Shown here piece by piece: positions 1 to 7,855 of a stretch of 36,487 nt of DNA. The stretch is from Candidatus Zambryskibacteria bacterium CG11_big_fil_rev_8_21_14_0_20_42_18. Lineage in GTDB: Bacteria > Patescibacteriota > Minisyncoccia > Phycocordibacterales > Zambryskibacteraceae. Below the pieces are notes generated by a model. It made no database searches and was not told where the DNA came from. It was given only the letters and a program-made list of their open reading frames with translations. A program made the position numbers and the translations under genes. The stretch lies in NCBI GenBank assembly GCA_002787855.1, contig PCVB01000007.1, positions 1 through 36,487 on the forward strand, given 5' to 3'. Positions within the stretch are counted from its first letter, which is position 1. Each line of letters begins with the position of its first letter.

Positions 1-13
1 TCAAAAACAAGTA

Positions 14-853
14 TTGCCTACATTAGATACCCTGAAATACAAACTTCCGCTTGTAATTGGTTCTGGCAATGCTGAAGCGACTGGGCGAATTATCTTTGAA
101 GACAGAAACGCAATATTTGCTTCAGAAAGTAACTACGAAAAGAAATTGAAACATATACCGAGTATAGATGGCGTTATTCTCGTATCAGCTTCTGGAGAAA
201 AACACGCATTAATAGTAGCAAAATGTGTAAAAGAATATAAAAAACACACTACCCTAATAACAAACACACCCTGTTCTTCCACCCACGGGGAGCTTGACCA
301 AAAACATTCTTATGATGAATATATTTTTCCTAAAAATAGAGAACCCTATACATACAATACCTCAACTTATATGGGTATGATTCTTGGAAAAACTCATGAA
401 GATGCACAAGATATTCAAAATTTTATTCGGGAACGTATTGAGACACTCACCATGCCAGATCTCTCGAGATATGATAAGTACTTTCTCATCGTACCGACAC
501 GATTTTCAGGAATTATTAGAATGCTCCAAGTAAAATTCATTGAATTATTTGGCAGGAGAATTGCACGGGACGTTGAGACAAGTGAGTATATGAAGCATGC
601 AGTAACTGTGGTGCCGTCTGATGAATTGTTTATCAGTTTCGGTGAGGAAAACAAAACTTGGGGCAAACCAGAAAACCGATTATACATACCATTACCCCTT
701 AACGCTGATTACGGAGCAATGATGGCAATTGGATACTATGTAATCTCGCAAATTCAAAAACAACATAAGCAATTTTTTAAAGAAAATATAGTCGAATATG
801 TAAAACAAGCCTCCAAAGTCTTTGGTGGGGAAATAAACGCAATTGTCGATTAA
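14..853 (+). CDS. hypothetical protein, weak SIS/sugar-isomerase-like glycine-serine loops; possibly 5'-partial
   Basis: 279-aa ORF from TTG 14. The frame stays open back to position 2, so the true start may lie outside the window. LPLVIGSGNAEATG and VILVSASGEKHA loops are present. No family recognised with certainty. Confidence 0.45.
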   Translation: MPTLDTLKYKLPLVIGSGNAEATGRIIFEDRNAIFASESNYEKKLKHIPSIDGVILVSASGEKHALIVAKCVKEYKKHTTLITNTPCSSTHGELDQKHSYDEYIFPKNREPYTYNTSTYMGMILGKTHEDAQDIQNFIRERIETLTMPDLSRYDKYFLIVPTRFSGIIRMLQVKFIELFGRRIARDVETSEYMKHAVTVVPSDELFISFGEENKTWGKPENRLYIPLPLNADYGAMMAIGYYVISQIQKQHKQFFKENIVEYVKQASKVFGGEINAIVD

Positions 854-869
854 GTTAAATCTTTAAGAA

Positions 870-1571
870 CTATTCCGTTTCTTGAGAGGAAGAGGAGGCG
901 GTGGCTGTCTCCAGCGCTTTGGCCCGTAGAGCTAGATCTTGAAGAGCAGGTGCCTGCTCTTCAAGATCTTCGACCGAATGATAACCGTAATATAGTTGGC
1001 CGTTAATACTAAAAGCAGGCAGATTCGGTTCAACCTTATAAATAGAGATGAGGGTATTTATAGCGCCAACATCAAAGTTGTAGTCAAAAGAATAGACCCT
1101 AAGATCTGGATATTTATCTCTTAGGGAGGTGAGTACGTAACCCATCTTTTCGCAATCTTCGCAAGACTCTTCAACCGAATAAAAATATAAGATAAAGGTC
1201 GGTTCAATGCCGCATTTTTCAGTAAGACGTTTCATCAAAAGATAGTCCTTGATCTCAAGCAGGAAGTAAGAACGTTTTAAATATTCTAAATTGTCGTTAT
1301 TAAGTTCTGTTTGATTATCACCATAAGCTAGTTTCTCTCCAAGAGAACCAAGTTCTTTAGAGAGAAACCCGGGACCAAGATCTTTGCAGGAAGTTTCTTC
1401 TAGTAAGGCAAACTGTGTTTCCGAGGAGAGAATATCCAGAGCAACACGATCCTCAATAGACTTAACATCTTCGAGCTTTTTTTCACCCAAAGCATTGCTG
1501 ATAAAAATAGCTGTGCCAAAGATAACGGCCGTAATGAGAAAGGTGATGATGTATTTTTTTGAATCTATCAT
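870..1571 (-). CDS. membrane-anchored thioredoxin-fold protein with CxxC (CEDC) motif
   Basis: N-terminal TM helix (IITFLITAVIFGTAIFI). FILYFYSVEESCEDCEKMGYVL...LRVYSFDYN...P.FSINGQ follows a thioredoxin-like beta-alpha-beta pattern. Starts 7 nt after the stop of the GT2 gene. Confidence 0.6.
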   Translation of the reverse strand: MIDSKKYIITFLITAVIFGTAIFISNALGEKKLEDVKSIEDRVALDILSSETQFALLEETSCKDLGPGFLSKELGSLGEKLAYGDNQTELNNDNLEYLKRSYFLLEIKDYLLMKRLTEKCGIEPTFILYFYSVEESCEDCEKMGYVLTSLRDKYPDLRVYSFDYNFDVGAINTLISIYKVEPNLPAFSINGQLYYGYHSVEDLEEQAPALQDLALRAKALETATASSSSQETE

Positions 1572-1578
1572 AGAGGTA

Positions 1579-2823
1579 TTATCTCCAACTTACATTCCTT
1601 CTAAAAACCGTACTAAATAAAGCCTTTAAAAGCCAGAAGGGGACTAAAAAGACGTAGAGAAGCATGTAGTACAAGATACCGCGCGAGAACTTAAACTTGC
1701 CTTCAGAAAGTTTTAAGGATAGGTACATGATAACTAAAGTAAGAGCTAAAGTCGTAATAGTTAAAATAGAAACCGTGCTGGTATTAAGAAAATACCAGTC
1801 AAGGTTTATAGAAGAAAGATTTAAATTGAATCCAATTGTTTGAAATCTAACAAAAAGGTCTGAAATTTTAGTCGAGACATTCCAGAGTATGTTGCCAAAT
1901 AAATATATGGAGAAAAATATAGAAACCGTGGCGATAGGTAGAATAAAGAAGCCAATATTACCGTATTTTTTATTGAAAAACATTTCGCGATAGTCTATTG
2001 CGTTATTTAAAAATCCGTAAGTCCAACGCACTCTTTGCTTATAAAGAGCAGAGAAGTTAATTGGGGCAATAGTATAAACATGCGCGCCGTGTGAATTAAC
2101 GATTTTGTAATGATTCTTCTGCATACGCAGAGCCATCTCTAAATCTTCCGTGTGATGTCCATGACGATAACCGCCTATTTCTTTAAAGATATTAGTACGA
2201 AAGATAGAAAACGGTCCCGGTGTGACATAAAGGGCACCAAGAGAAGAGAGCATTCGACGCAAGAATATACCCCAACTGTACTCGATTTTCTGAACATATT
2301 GTAAAACACTCTTGGGTTCAAAAACTTTTATAGAGGGGGTCACAGCCATAATACTTTGGTCATCAAAAAAAGGAGTGATCTTCTTAAGGGCGTCCGGGTT
2401 AACAAAGGAATCTGCATCTAAACAACCCACTAGATCACTCTTCACTTGTTCAAGGGCGAAGTTTAGGGCGGTGTGTTTACCGCCATTTTCTTTATAAAAA
2501 ATTCTAATCTGTGAATTATTACTAAATTTTTTTAATTCTTCCGCTGTCCCATCAGTGGAGCCATCATCAACTAAAATAAGAGAGAGTTTATCTTTCGGAT
2601 AATCAAGATTGAGGATGGAGTGAATTGTGGCAGAGAGAGTCTTTTCTTCGTTAAAACAAGGCACAATGATGGTTGTGGTCGGAAACTGCTTGATATTTTT
2701 ATCAAGAAGTTTCTCTAGGCTCAATTCCTCTCGCACTTCAAGATAGGTGATGAGTAGAAAAACCTCAAAGAAAAGCGAGATAAAAAGAGTCACGTATAGG
2801 ACAAGTGCTGTGATTTCCATCAT
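1579..2823 (-). CDS. family-2 glycosyltransferase, membrane-embedded processive synthase type (PgaC/NodC/cellulose-synthase-like)
   Basis: N-terminal TM, VPCFNEE, VDDGSTDGT, CLDADS, HTEDLE and QRVRWTYG (QxxRW) motifs, followed by several C-terminal TM segments. Confidence 0.85.
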   Translation of the reverse strand: MMEITALVLYVTLFISLFFEVFLLITYLEVREELSLEKLLDKNIKQFPTTTIIVPCFNEEKTLSATIHSILNLDYPKDKLSLILVDDGSTDGTAEELKKFSNNSQIRIFYKENGGKHTALNFALEQVKSDLVGCLDADSFVNPDALKKITPFFDDQSIMAVTPSIKVFEPKSVLQYVQKIEYSWGIFLRRMLSSLGALYVTPGPFSIFRTNIFKEIGGYRHGHHTEDLEMALRMQKNHYKIVNSHGAHVYTIAPINFSALYKQRVRWTYGFLNNAIDYREMFFNKKYGNIGFFILPIATVSIFFSIYLFGNILWNVSTKISDLFVRFQTIGFNLNLSSINLDWYFLNTSTVSILTITTLALTLVIMYLSLKLSEGKFKFSRGILYYMLLYVFLVPFWLLKALFSTVFRRNVSWR

Positions 2824-2860
2824 TTGCGATAAAGCTCACTATACCATACCATATAGCATA

Positions 2861-4003
2861 ATGTCAGAAAATATAATTATAAAATCAGAGGAGGAAGAGA
2901 AGCTCCGTAAAGGGCTTGAGGGTAAAAGTGACTCGGAATCAGAGCGTTTAAAGCGTTTTTTAGAGATGCCCGATTTGGCACGGACTGCAGATAGTCCTCT
3001 TCATGAGATTGTGAAGCGCACACTAGAAACTAAGAGTCTCAAGGGCTTTGATGTTATAAAAATTCCAGAGATTATCTCCACCGATATTTTGTTTGACTTG
3101 TTTAATATGCCAGAAGGTCATCCTGCCAGAAGTAAATCTGACACCTACTATGCAGATGAGAAACACGTACTTAGGACTCATGACACTGTCTTTTGGTATT
3201 ACTATTTAAATCATCCGTCGATAAGAGAGAAGATCGCAAACAAAGAATCTTTCGGGGCAATTTGTTTCGGCAAAGTTTATCGCAAAGATGAGATAGATAG
3301 AAAACATATGAACGTTTTCCACCAGATAGGTGGCCTCTACCTTGCACCTGATGAAAAACAAATAGTTACTCCAGAAGACCTAAAAAATGTTTTGAGCGAA
3401 ATTGCTAAAGGTATCTTTGGGGACAAAGTAGAATTTCGTTTCTATGACCATAATTTCCCTTATACTGACCCGAGTTTTGAAATGGAGGCTAAGATTAACG
3501 GCCAATGGATGGAGATGCTTGGTTCCGGATTACCTCGTAAAAGTGTTTTAGCAAACTTCGGACTAAGTAATTATAACGGCTGGGCTTTCGGCTTTGGACT
3601 TGAACGTTTGGCTATAGCGTCTATAAACTTACCAGATATTCGACTACTCTGGTCAGGAGATGAGAGAGTTAGAAAGCAATTGAAACTTGGCAATAAATTT
3701 AAAGAGGTTTCTAAGTTCCCACCAGTAGTACGTGACATCTCTTTTATAGTTAACAAAGATTTTGTGCCTAACGACTACTTTGATTTAATTCGTGACCACT
3801 TAGGTGATTTGGCGGAAGAAGTGCTCCTCCTAGATAAATATGAAGATACGAAAAAATTCGGGGAAGGGAAGATAAGTTACACTTTTCGCATCACTTATAG
3901 AAGTCTCGATAAAACACTAACCAACACAGAAGTTAACACCTTACATACTGAGTTAGAGGATAAAACTACTACCAATTTTAGCGCTGAAATACGGAGGGTC
4001 TAA
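2861..4003 (+). CDS. pheS: phenylalanine--tRNA ligase, single-chain type: PheS-like catalytic core plus C-terminal FDX-ACB (beta-subunit B8-like) domain
   Basis: Class II motifs are present: NMPEGHPARS, VYRKDEIDRKHMNVFHQIGG and GWAFGFGLERLAI. The C-terminal ~96 aa (3713-4000; KFPPVVRDISFIV...ISYTFRITYRSLDKTLTNTEV) fit the FDX-ACB pattern. Start set at ATG 2861 (MSENIII), because the ORF-track start at 2747 overlaps the divergent GT2 gene. Confidence 0.85.
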   Translation: MSENIIIKSEEEEKLRKGLEGKSDSESERLKRFLEMPDLARTADSPLHEIVKRTLETKSLKGFDVIKIPEIISTDILFDLFNMPEGHPARSKSDTYYADEKHVLRTHDTVFWYYYLNHPSIREKIANKESFGAICFGKVYRKDEIDRKHMNVFHQIGGLYLAPDEKQIVTPEDLKNVLSEIAKGIFGDKVEFRFYDHNFPYTDPSFEMEAKINGQWMEMLGSGLPRKSVLANFGLSNYNGWAFGFGLERLAIASINLPDIRLLWSGDERVRKQLKLGNKFKEVSKFPPVVRDISFIVNKDFVPNDYFDLIRDHLGDLAEEVLLLDKYEDTKKFGEGKISYTFRITYRSLDKTLTNTEVNTLHTELEDKTTTNFSAEIRRV

Positions 4004-4023
4004 CCTGCCTGCGCAGGCAGGTT
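4002..4023 (+). terminator. perfect 22-nt palindrome immediately after the pheS stop (terminator-like hairpin, no clean U-tract)
   Basis: AACCTGCCTGC/GCAGGCAGGTT is self-complementary. It is followed by a weaker AAAAAGA..TCTTTTT element. Confidence 0.5.
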
Positions 4024-4083
4024 CCCGGTAAAAAGACCTTTCTTTTTAGGCCTATTTATGCTAAAATGGGTTGATAAATAGCT

Positions 4084-6057
4084 ATGCCGAAACCAGCCAA
4101 ACAGGATAAAAGCAAGGGGACTTACAGCGCAGAATCCATCACAGTTTTAGAGGGTCTAGAACCGGTACGAAAGCGTCCCGGTATGTATATTGGCACCACC
4201 GGACCTGATGGTCTGCACCATCTCGTAACGGAAATATTCGACAACTCGCGTGATGAGGCCATGGGTGGCTTCGCTGATGATATAGAAATTACTCTTATGC
4301 CTGACAATCGCGTACGAGTGGTAGATAACGGTCGAGGCATCCCTGTCGATATACACAAACAGACAAAAGTCTCTGCTCTAGAGACCATTATGACCACCCT
4401 CCACGCTGGGGGGAAATTTGGCGGTGATGGATACAAAATATCCGGAGGTCTGCACGGCGTTGGTGGTTCTGTAGTAAACGCGCTTTCTATATATTGCAAG
4501 GCAGAGGTGCATAGAGATGGGGGAGTTTATGTTCAGGAGTATAGTCAGGGTAAGAAAAAAGCTTCTGTCAAAAAAGTGGGGGCATCTGGGCTCCACGGCA
4601 CCATCATTACTTTTCAACCAGATCCGGCTATTTTCCCGGATACTAACTTCTCTTTTGAACGCCTAGTAAACCACCTCCGTCAGCAGGCCTATCTAGTGAA
4701 GGGCCTGAAGATATCAATCCTTGATGCTCGTGAGGCATCTAGCAATGCGGAGAAAGAAAAAGTATTTTATATGCGAGAGTTGGGATTGGAGGTGCCCTCT
4801 ATGTCTTTCTTTTTTGAAGGTGGCCTCGTCTCTCTCGTGCGATTTGAAAACGAACACACTAAACCGATTCATAAAAATATTTTTTATGTGGAGAAAGCGG
4901 CTAACGGTAATGAATACGAGACCGTAGAAGTGGCCCTCCAATATATAGATGATATCTCTTCACACATCTTGCCTTTCGCAAACAATATTTATAACTCCGA
5001 GGGAGGTACTCATATTACTGGTTTCAAAACTGCTTTAACCAGAAGCCTGAACACTTACGCTCGTAAAAACAATCTTATAAGCGAAAAGGAGGATAATTTG
5101 ACCGGAGATGACGTCTTAGAAGGACTCACGGCTGTTGTTTCGATAAAGCTTAGAGAAATACAGTTTGAAGGTCAGACTAAATCAAAACTTGGTAGCGTTG
5201 AGGCACAAAGTATGGTGACAACTGTCTTTGGAGATGCTTTTTCGGCTTTCCTAGAAGAAAATCCTGACAGCGCAAAAAGCATTATCCAGAAGGTGGTTCT
5301 TGCTCTCAAAGCGCGCAAGGCGGCTAAGGCTGCTAAGGATTCTGTCTTGCGCAAAGGCGCTCTTGAGGGTATGACCCTGCCTGGTAAACTTGCAGATTGC
5401 TCATCAAAGTCTGCAGAGGAGTCCGAGCTCTTCATTGTGGAAGGAGATTCTGCAGGAGGTACCGCTAAGCAAGGGAGGGACAGACACACCCAAGCGATAC
5501 TGCCACTACGAGGCAAGATATTAAATATAGAACGAGCTCGCCTTGATCGTATGTTGGGAAGCGAGCAAATAAAAAACTTAGTAGTCGCCCTCGGAACAGC
5601 CATAGGAGACACCTTTGATATTTCAAAACTTCGTTATCACAAAATTATTATCGCAACCGATGCTGATGTTGACGGTGCACACATACGTACACTTCTATTA
5701 ACTCTTCTCTATAGATTTTTCCGCCCACTTATTGATGCGGGTTATGTCTACATCGCGCAACCCCCTCTTTATAAAATAAAAAGTGGTAAAGCAATCTCTT
5801 ACGCTTATTCTGATAAAGAGCGTGATGAAAAAATGACAAAAGATTCTGACATCCAACGTTATAAAGGTCTTGGAGAAATGAACGCGGAACAACTTTGGGA
5901 AACAACGATGGATCCACAAGCAAGAATTCTTAAACAAATTTTTGTTGAAGATGCTAGGGAAGCGGACCATATCTTCGATACCCTCATGGGTTCGGACGTT
6001 CCGTCACGTAAATCTTTTATCCAATCTAATGCAAAAAAGGCTGTCTTAGACCTATAA
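4084..6057 (+). CDS. gyrB: DNA gyrase subunit B
   Basis: 657 aa. LEGLEPVRKRPGMYIG, GLHHLVTEIFDNSRDEA, the EGDSAGG Toprim motif, IATDADVDGAHI, and QRYKGLGEMN near the C-terminus. Confidence 0.93.
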   Translation: MPKPAKQDKSKGTYSAESITVLEGLEPVRKRPGMYIGTTGPDGLHHLVTEIFDNSRDEAMGGFADDIEITLMPDNRVRVVDNGRGIPVDIHKQTKVSALETIMTTLHAGGKFGGDGYKISGGLHGVGGSVVNALSIYCKAEVHRDGGVYVQEYSQGKKKASVKKVGASGLHGTIITFQPDPAIFPDTNFSFERLVNHLRQQAYLVKGLKISILDAREASSNAEKEKVFYMRELGLEVPSMSFFFEGGLVSLVRFENEHTKPIHKNIFYVEKAANGNEYETVEVALQYIDDISSHILPFANNIYNSEGGTHITGFKTALTRSLNTYARKNNLISEKEDNLTGDDVLEGLTAVVSIKLREIQFEGQTKSKLGSVEAQSMVTTVFGDAFSAFLEENPDSAKSIIQKVVLALKARKAAKAAKDSVLRKGALEGMTLPGKLADCSSKSAEESELFIVEGDSAGGTAKQGRDRHTQAILPLRGKILNIERARLDRMLGSEQIKNLVVALGTAIGDTFDISKLRYHKIIIATDADVDGAHIRTLLLTLLYRFFRPLIDAGYVYIAQPPLYKIKSGKAISYAYSDKERDEKMTKDSDIQRYKGLGEMNAEQLWETTMDPQARILKQIFVEDAREADHIFDTLMGSDVPSRKSFIQSNAKKAVLDL

Positions 6058-6090
6058 AAAGCTTAATAAACTAGGCATTTTTTCCTAAAA

Positions 6091-6116
6091 CTCTCTCGTA
6101 AAAAGAGGGGGTTTTT
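6091..6116 (+). terminator. rho-independent terminator after gyrB
   Basis: 7-bp stem CTCTCTC/GAGGGGG (two G-U pairs), 7-nt loop, then TTTTT. Confidence 0.6.
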
Positions 6117-6125
6117 ATTGATAGG

Positions 6126-6145
6126 TGTGGATAAAAAGTGGATAA
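6126..6145 (+). promoter_or_regulatory. two tandem DnaA-box-like 9-mers (TGTGGATAA perfect, AGTGGATAA one mismatch), 11 bp apart
   Basis: The reverse complement of TTATCCACA lies at 6126-6134, and a second copy at 6137-6145. These are also repeats 1 and 2 of the GTGG array. Confidence 0.4.
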
Positions 6146-6203
6146 CAAGGATAGTAGTGTGGAGGCTAGTGGGATATACTTGCAGTCAGGTGGGAAATAG
6201 TGG
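6127..6203 (+). promoter_or_regulatory. array of six phased GTGG direct repeats upstream of mraZ (candidate MraZ operator)
   Basis: GTGG starts at 6127, 6138, 6159, 6169, 6190 and 6200. Spacings are 11, 21, 10, 21 and 10 nt. The array ends 31 nt before the mraZ ATG. Confidence 0.6.
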
Positions 6204-6233
6204 TAACACCGTAAAACGGATAAGAATAAAAAA

Positions 6234-6629
6234 ATGTTTATCGGAGAGTACACACATACAGCTGATGAGAAAAATCGTTTCTCTTTACCAGCCAAATTTC
6301 GTAACGGGCTTGGGAAGCGTGTCGTTGTCACCCGTGGTAAAGATCACTGCCTCTCTCTCTATCCCCACAAGACTTGGGTTTCCATCTCGGAAGAGGTGAA
6401 GAAACTTGGTCACATAGAGAGTGATCATCGTTACGCGCGATTTACCTTCTCTGGCGCATCTGAAATCGAGATTGATTCTATAGGTAGGATTCTTATCCCA
6501 GAATTCTTGCGGGAATTTGCAGGGCTCAAGAATCAGATTGTCATCACCGGCGTTCACGACAGAGTGGAAATCTGGAATGAGAAACGCTGGACAACTTATA
6601 GAAGAAAACTTGAATCGGAGTATGCCTAA
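6234..6629 (+). CDS. mraZ: transcriptional regulator MraZ
   Basis: MFIGEYTHTADEKNRFSLPAKFR plus a second SpoVT/AbrB-like half (GRILIPEFLRE). First gene of the dcw block. Confidence 0.92.
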   Translation: MFIGEYTHTADEKNRFSLPAKFRNGLGKRVVVTRGKDHCLSLYPHKTWVSISEEVKKLGHIESDHRYARFTFSGASEIEIDSIGRILIPEFLREFAGLKNQIVITGVHDRVEIWNEKRWTTYRRKLESEYA

Positions 6630-7530
6630 CGTCGCTTGCGCTATGCTAGACAAGCATAAACCTGTTCTTTTACAAGAAAGTATTGAGGCTCTCGATATTC
6701 AAGACGGTGAGATTTTTTTAGACGGCACACTGGGTGGAGGGGGACATAGTGAGGAGGTGTTGCGGCGCTTTCCCACAACAAGGATTATCGGTTTAGATCG
6801 TGACCCAGAGGCGGTCAAAAGAGTCAGAGAAAAATTGAATATAGAGATAAGAGTAGAAAACTTTCGTCACTTGGACAAAGTGCTTGAGGAACTTGAAGTC
6901 CGTAAAGTAGATGCCATCCTTCTAGATTTAGGCCTCTCCTCGGATCAACTCGAGACTTCCGGTAGGGGATTCTCTTTTCTTAGAGATGAACCGTTAGATA
7001 TGAGAATGTCCAATGAGGGTATAAAAGCCAAAGATTTACTGAACTCCTGGGACCAGCACGCCATTGAGCTAGTCCTACACGGCTTTGGAGAAGAGAGGGA
7101 CTCGAGAAAGATTGCCGAAGAAATAGTGAGAAGAAGGGGTATCAAACCGTTTGAAACCACATTCGAGCTAGTAGAGGCGGTGCTCAAGGTCAAACCACGA
7201 AGCTTTCGTGACAAAATTCACCCAGCCACAAAAACTTTCCAAGCGCTTCGTATTGCAGTAAATGAGGAGCTTACCAATTTAGAGATTGGCCTAGAAAAAG
7301 GATTTAAGGCTCTCGATGCCAATGGAAGATTTGTGGTGATATCGTTCCATAGTTTGGAAGACAGAATAGTAAAAAACTTCTTCCGAGACAAAGTAGGCTT
7401 GGGTTTAGCTAAAAGAGTAACAAGTCTCTACAGCGCCAGAGGCAATAAACCAATCACGGCAAGCATGGAAGAAATAGATGAGAATCCGCGTTCGCGTAGT
7501 GCCAAATTACGAGTTATTGAAAAAATATGA
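6622..7530 (+). CDS. rsmH: 16S rRNA (cytosine1402-N4)-methyltransferase RsmH
   Basis: HKPVLLQESIEAL, DGTLGGGGHS, DLGLSSDQL, SFHSLEDRIVK. The start is either ATG 6622 (8-nt overlap with mraZ) or ATG 6643 (MLDKHKPVLL). The ORF-track start at 6517 is too far inside mraZ. Confidence 0.9.
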   Translation: MPNVACAMLDKHKPVLLQESIEALDIQDGEIFLDGTLGGGGHSEEVLRRFPTTRIIGLDRDPEAVKRVREKLNIEIRVENFRHLDKVLEELEVRKVDAILLDLGLSSDQLETSGRGFSFLRDEPLDMRMSNEGIKAKDLLNSWDQHAIELVLHGFGEERDSRKIAEEIVRRRGIKPFETTFELVEAVLKVKPRSFRDKIHPATKTFQALRIAVNEELTNLEIGLEKGFKALDANGRFVVISFHSLEDRIVKNFFRDKVGLGLAKRVTSLYSARGNKPITASMEEIDENPRSRSAKLRVIEKI

Positions 7531-7850
7531 GAAATAAAATAAAGACAATTTCATACGACAATAGAGTTCGCCTTTTTTGGACTCTGACTGCGGTCTCTGT
7601 CTTATCTCTCTTTGTCTACATTTATTCTATAAACGCCATCGCTAGAAATATTGCCGAGAGACAAAGTTTAGAAAGGCAGATATCAGAAATATCAACAAAT
7701 TTGGACTCATTAGAATTTGCTTACATCGGACTTAAAAACAATATTACTCTGGAACTGGCCTATAATCACGGCTTTAAAGAAATTAAGGACCCCCTCTATG
7801 TATCTCGCAATCGGGGAACGGCTCTTTCTTTCAACACTCTTGATAGATAA
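7527..7850 (+). CDS. FtsL-like small bitopic cell-division protein
   Basis: 107 aa with one TM helix followed by a coiled-coil-like segment. Sits between rsmH and ftsI. ATGA overlap with rsmH. Confidence 0.6.
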   Translation: MRNKIKTISYDNRVRLFWTLTAVSVLSLFVYIYSINAIARNIAERQSLERQISEISTNLDSLEFAYIGLKNNITLELAYNHGFKEIKDPLYVSRNRGTALSFNTLDR

Positions 7851-7855
7851 TAACC

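Noticed and set aside
2747-2860. Longer N-terminus for PheRS, starting at 2747.
   Set aside because: It would overlap the divergent GT2 gene by 77 nt. It encodes a non-conserved basic peptide. ATG 2861 (MSENIII) lies just past the GT2 start.
4122-5970. Several 60-146-aa ORFs antisense to or overlapping gyrB (for example 4122-4499 and 5172-5612). Similar shadow ORFs lie inside ftsI, nrdJ, dnaB, cysS, ctp, ftsW and trpS.
   Set aside because: They lie wholly inside strongly recognisable genes on the opposite strand or in another frame. They have low-complexity or Arg/Ser/Pro-rich translations and no motifs, as expected for shadow ORFs.
6058-6233. The gyrB-mraZ intergenic region as the chromosomal origin (oriC), because of two tandem DnaA-box-like 9-mers next to gyrB.
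   Set aside because: Only two boxes are present, both in one orientation. There is no adjacent dnaA or dnaN and no clear AT-rich unwinding element. The boxes are part of a six-unit array with ~10.5-bp phasing that fits MraZ operators better. The DnaA-box resemblance is kept only as a secondary possibility.
6118-6399. 93-aa ORF spanning the mraZ upstream region and the mraZ 5' end.
   Set aside because: It overlaps mraZ in another frame, and its 5' part coincides with the GTGG repeat array. No protein motif.
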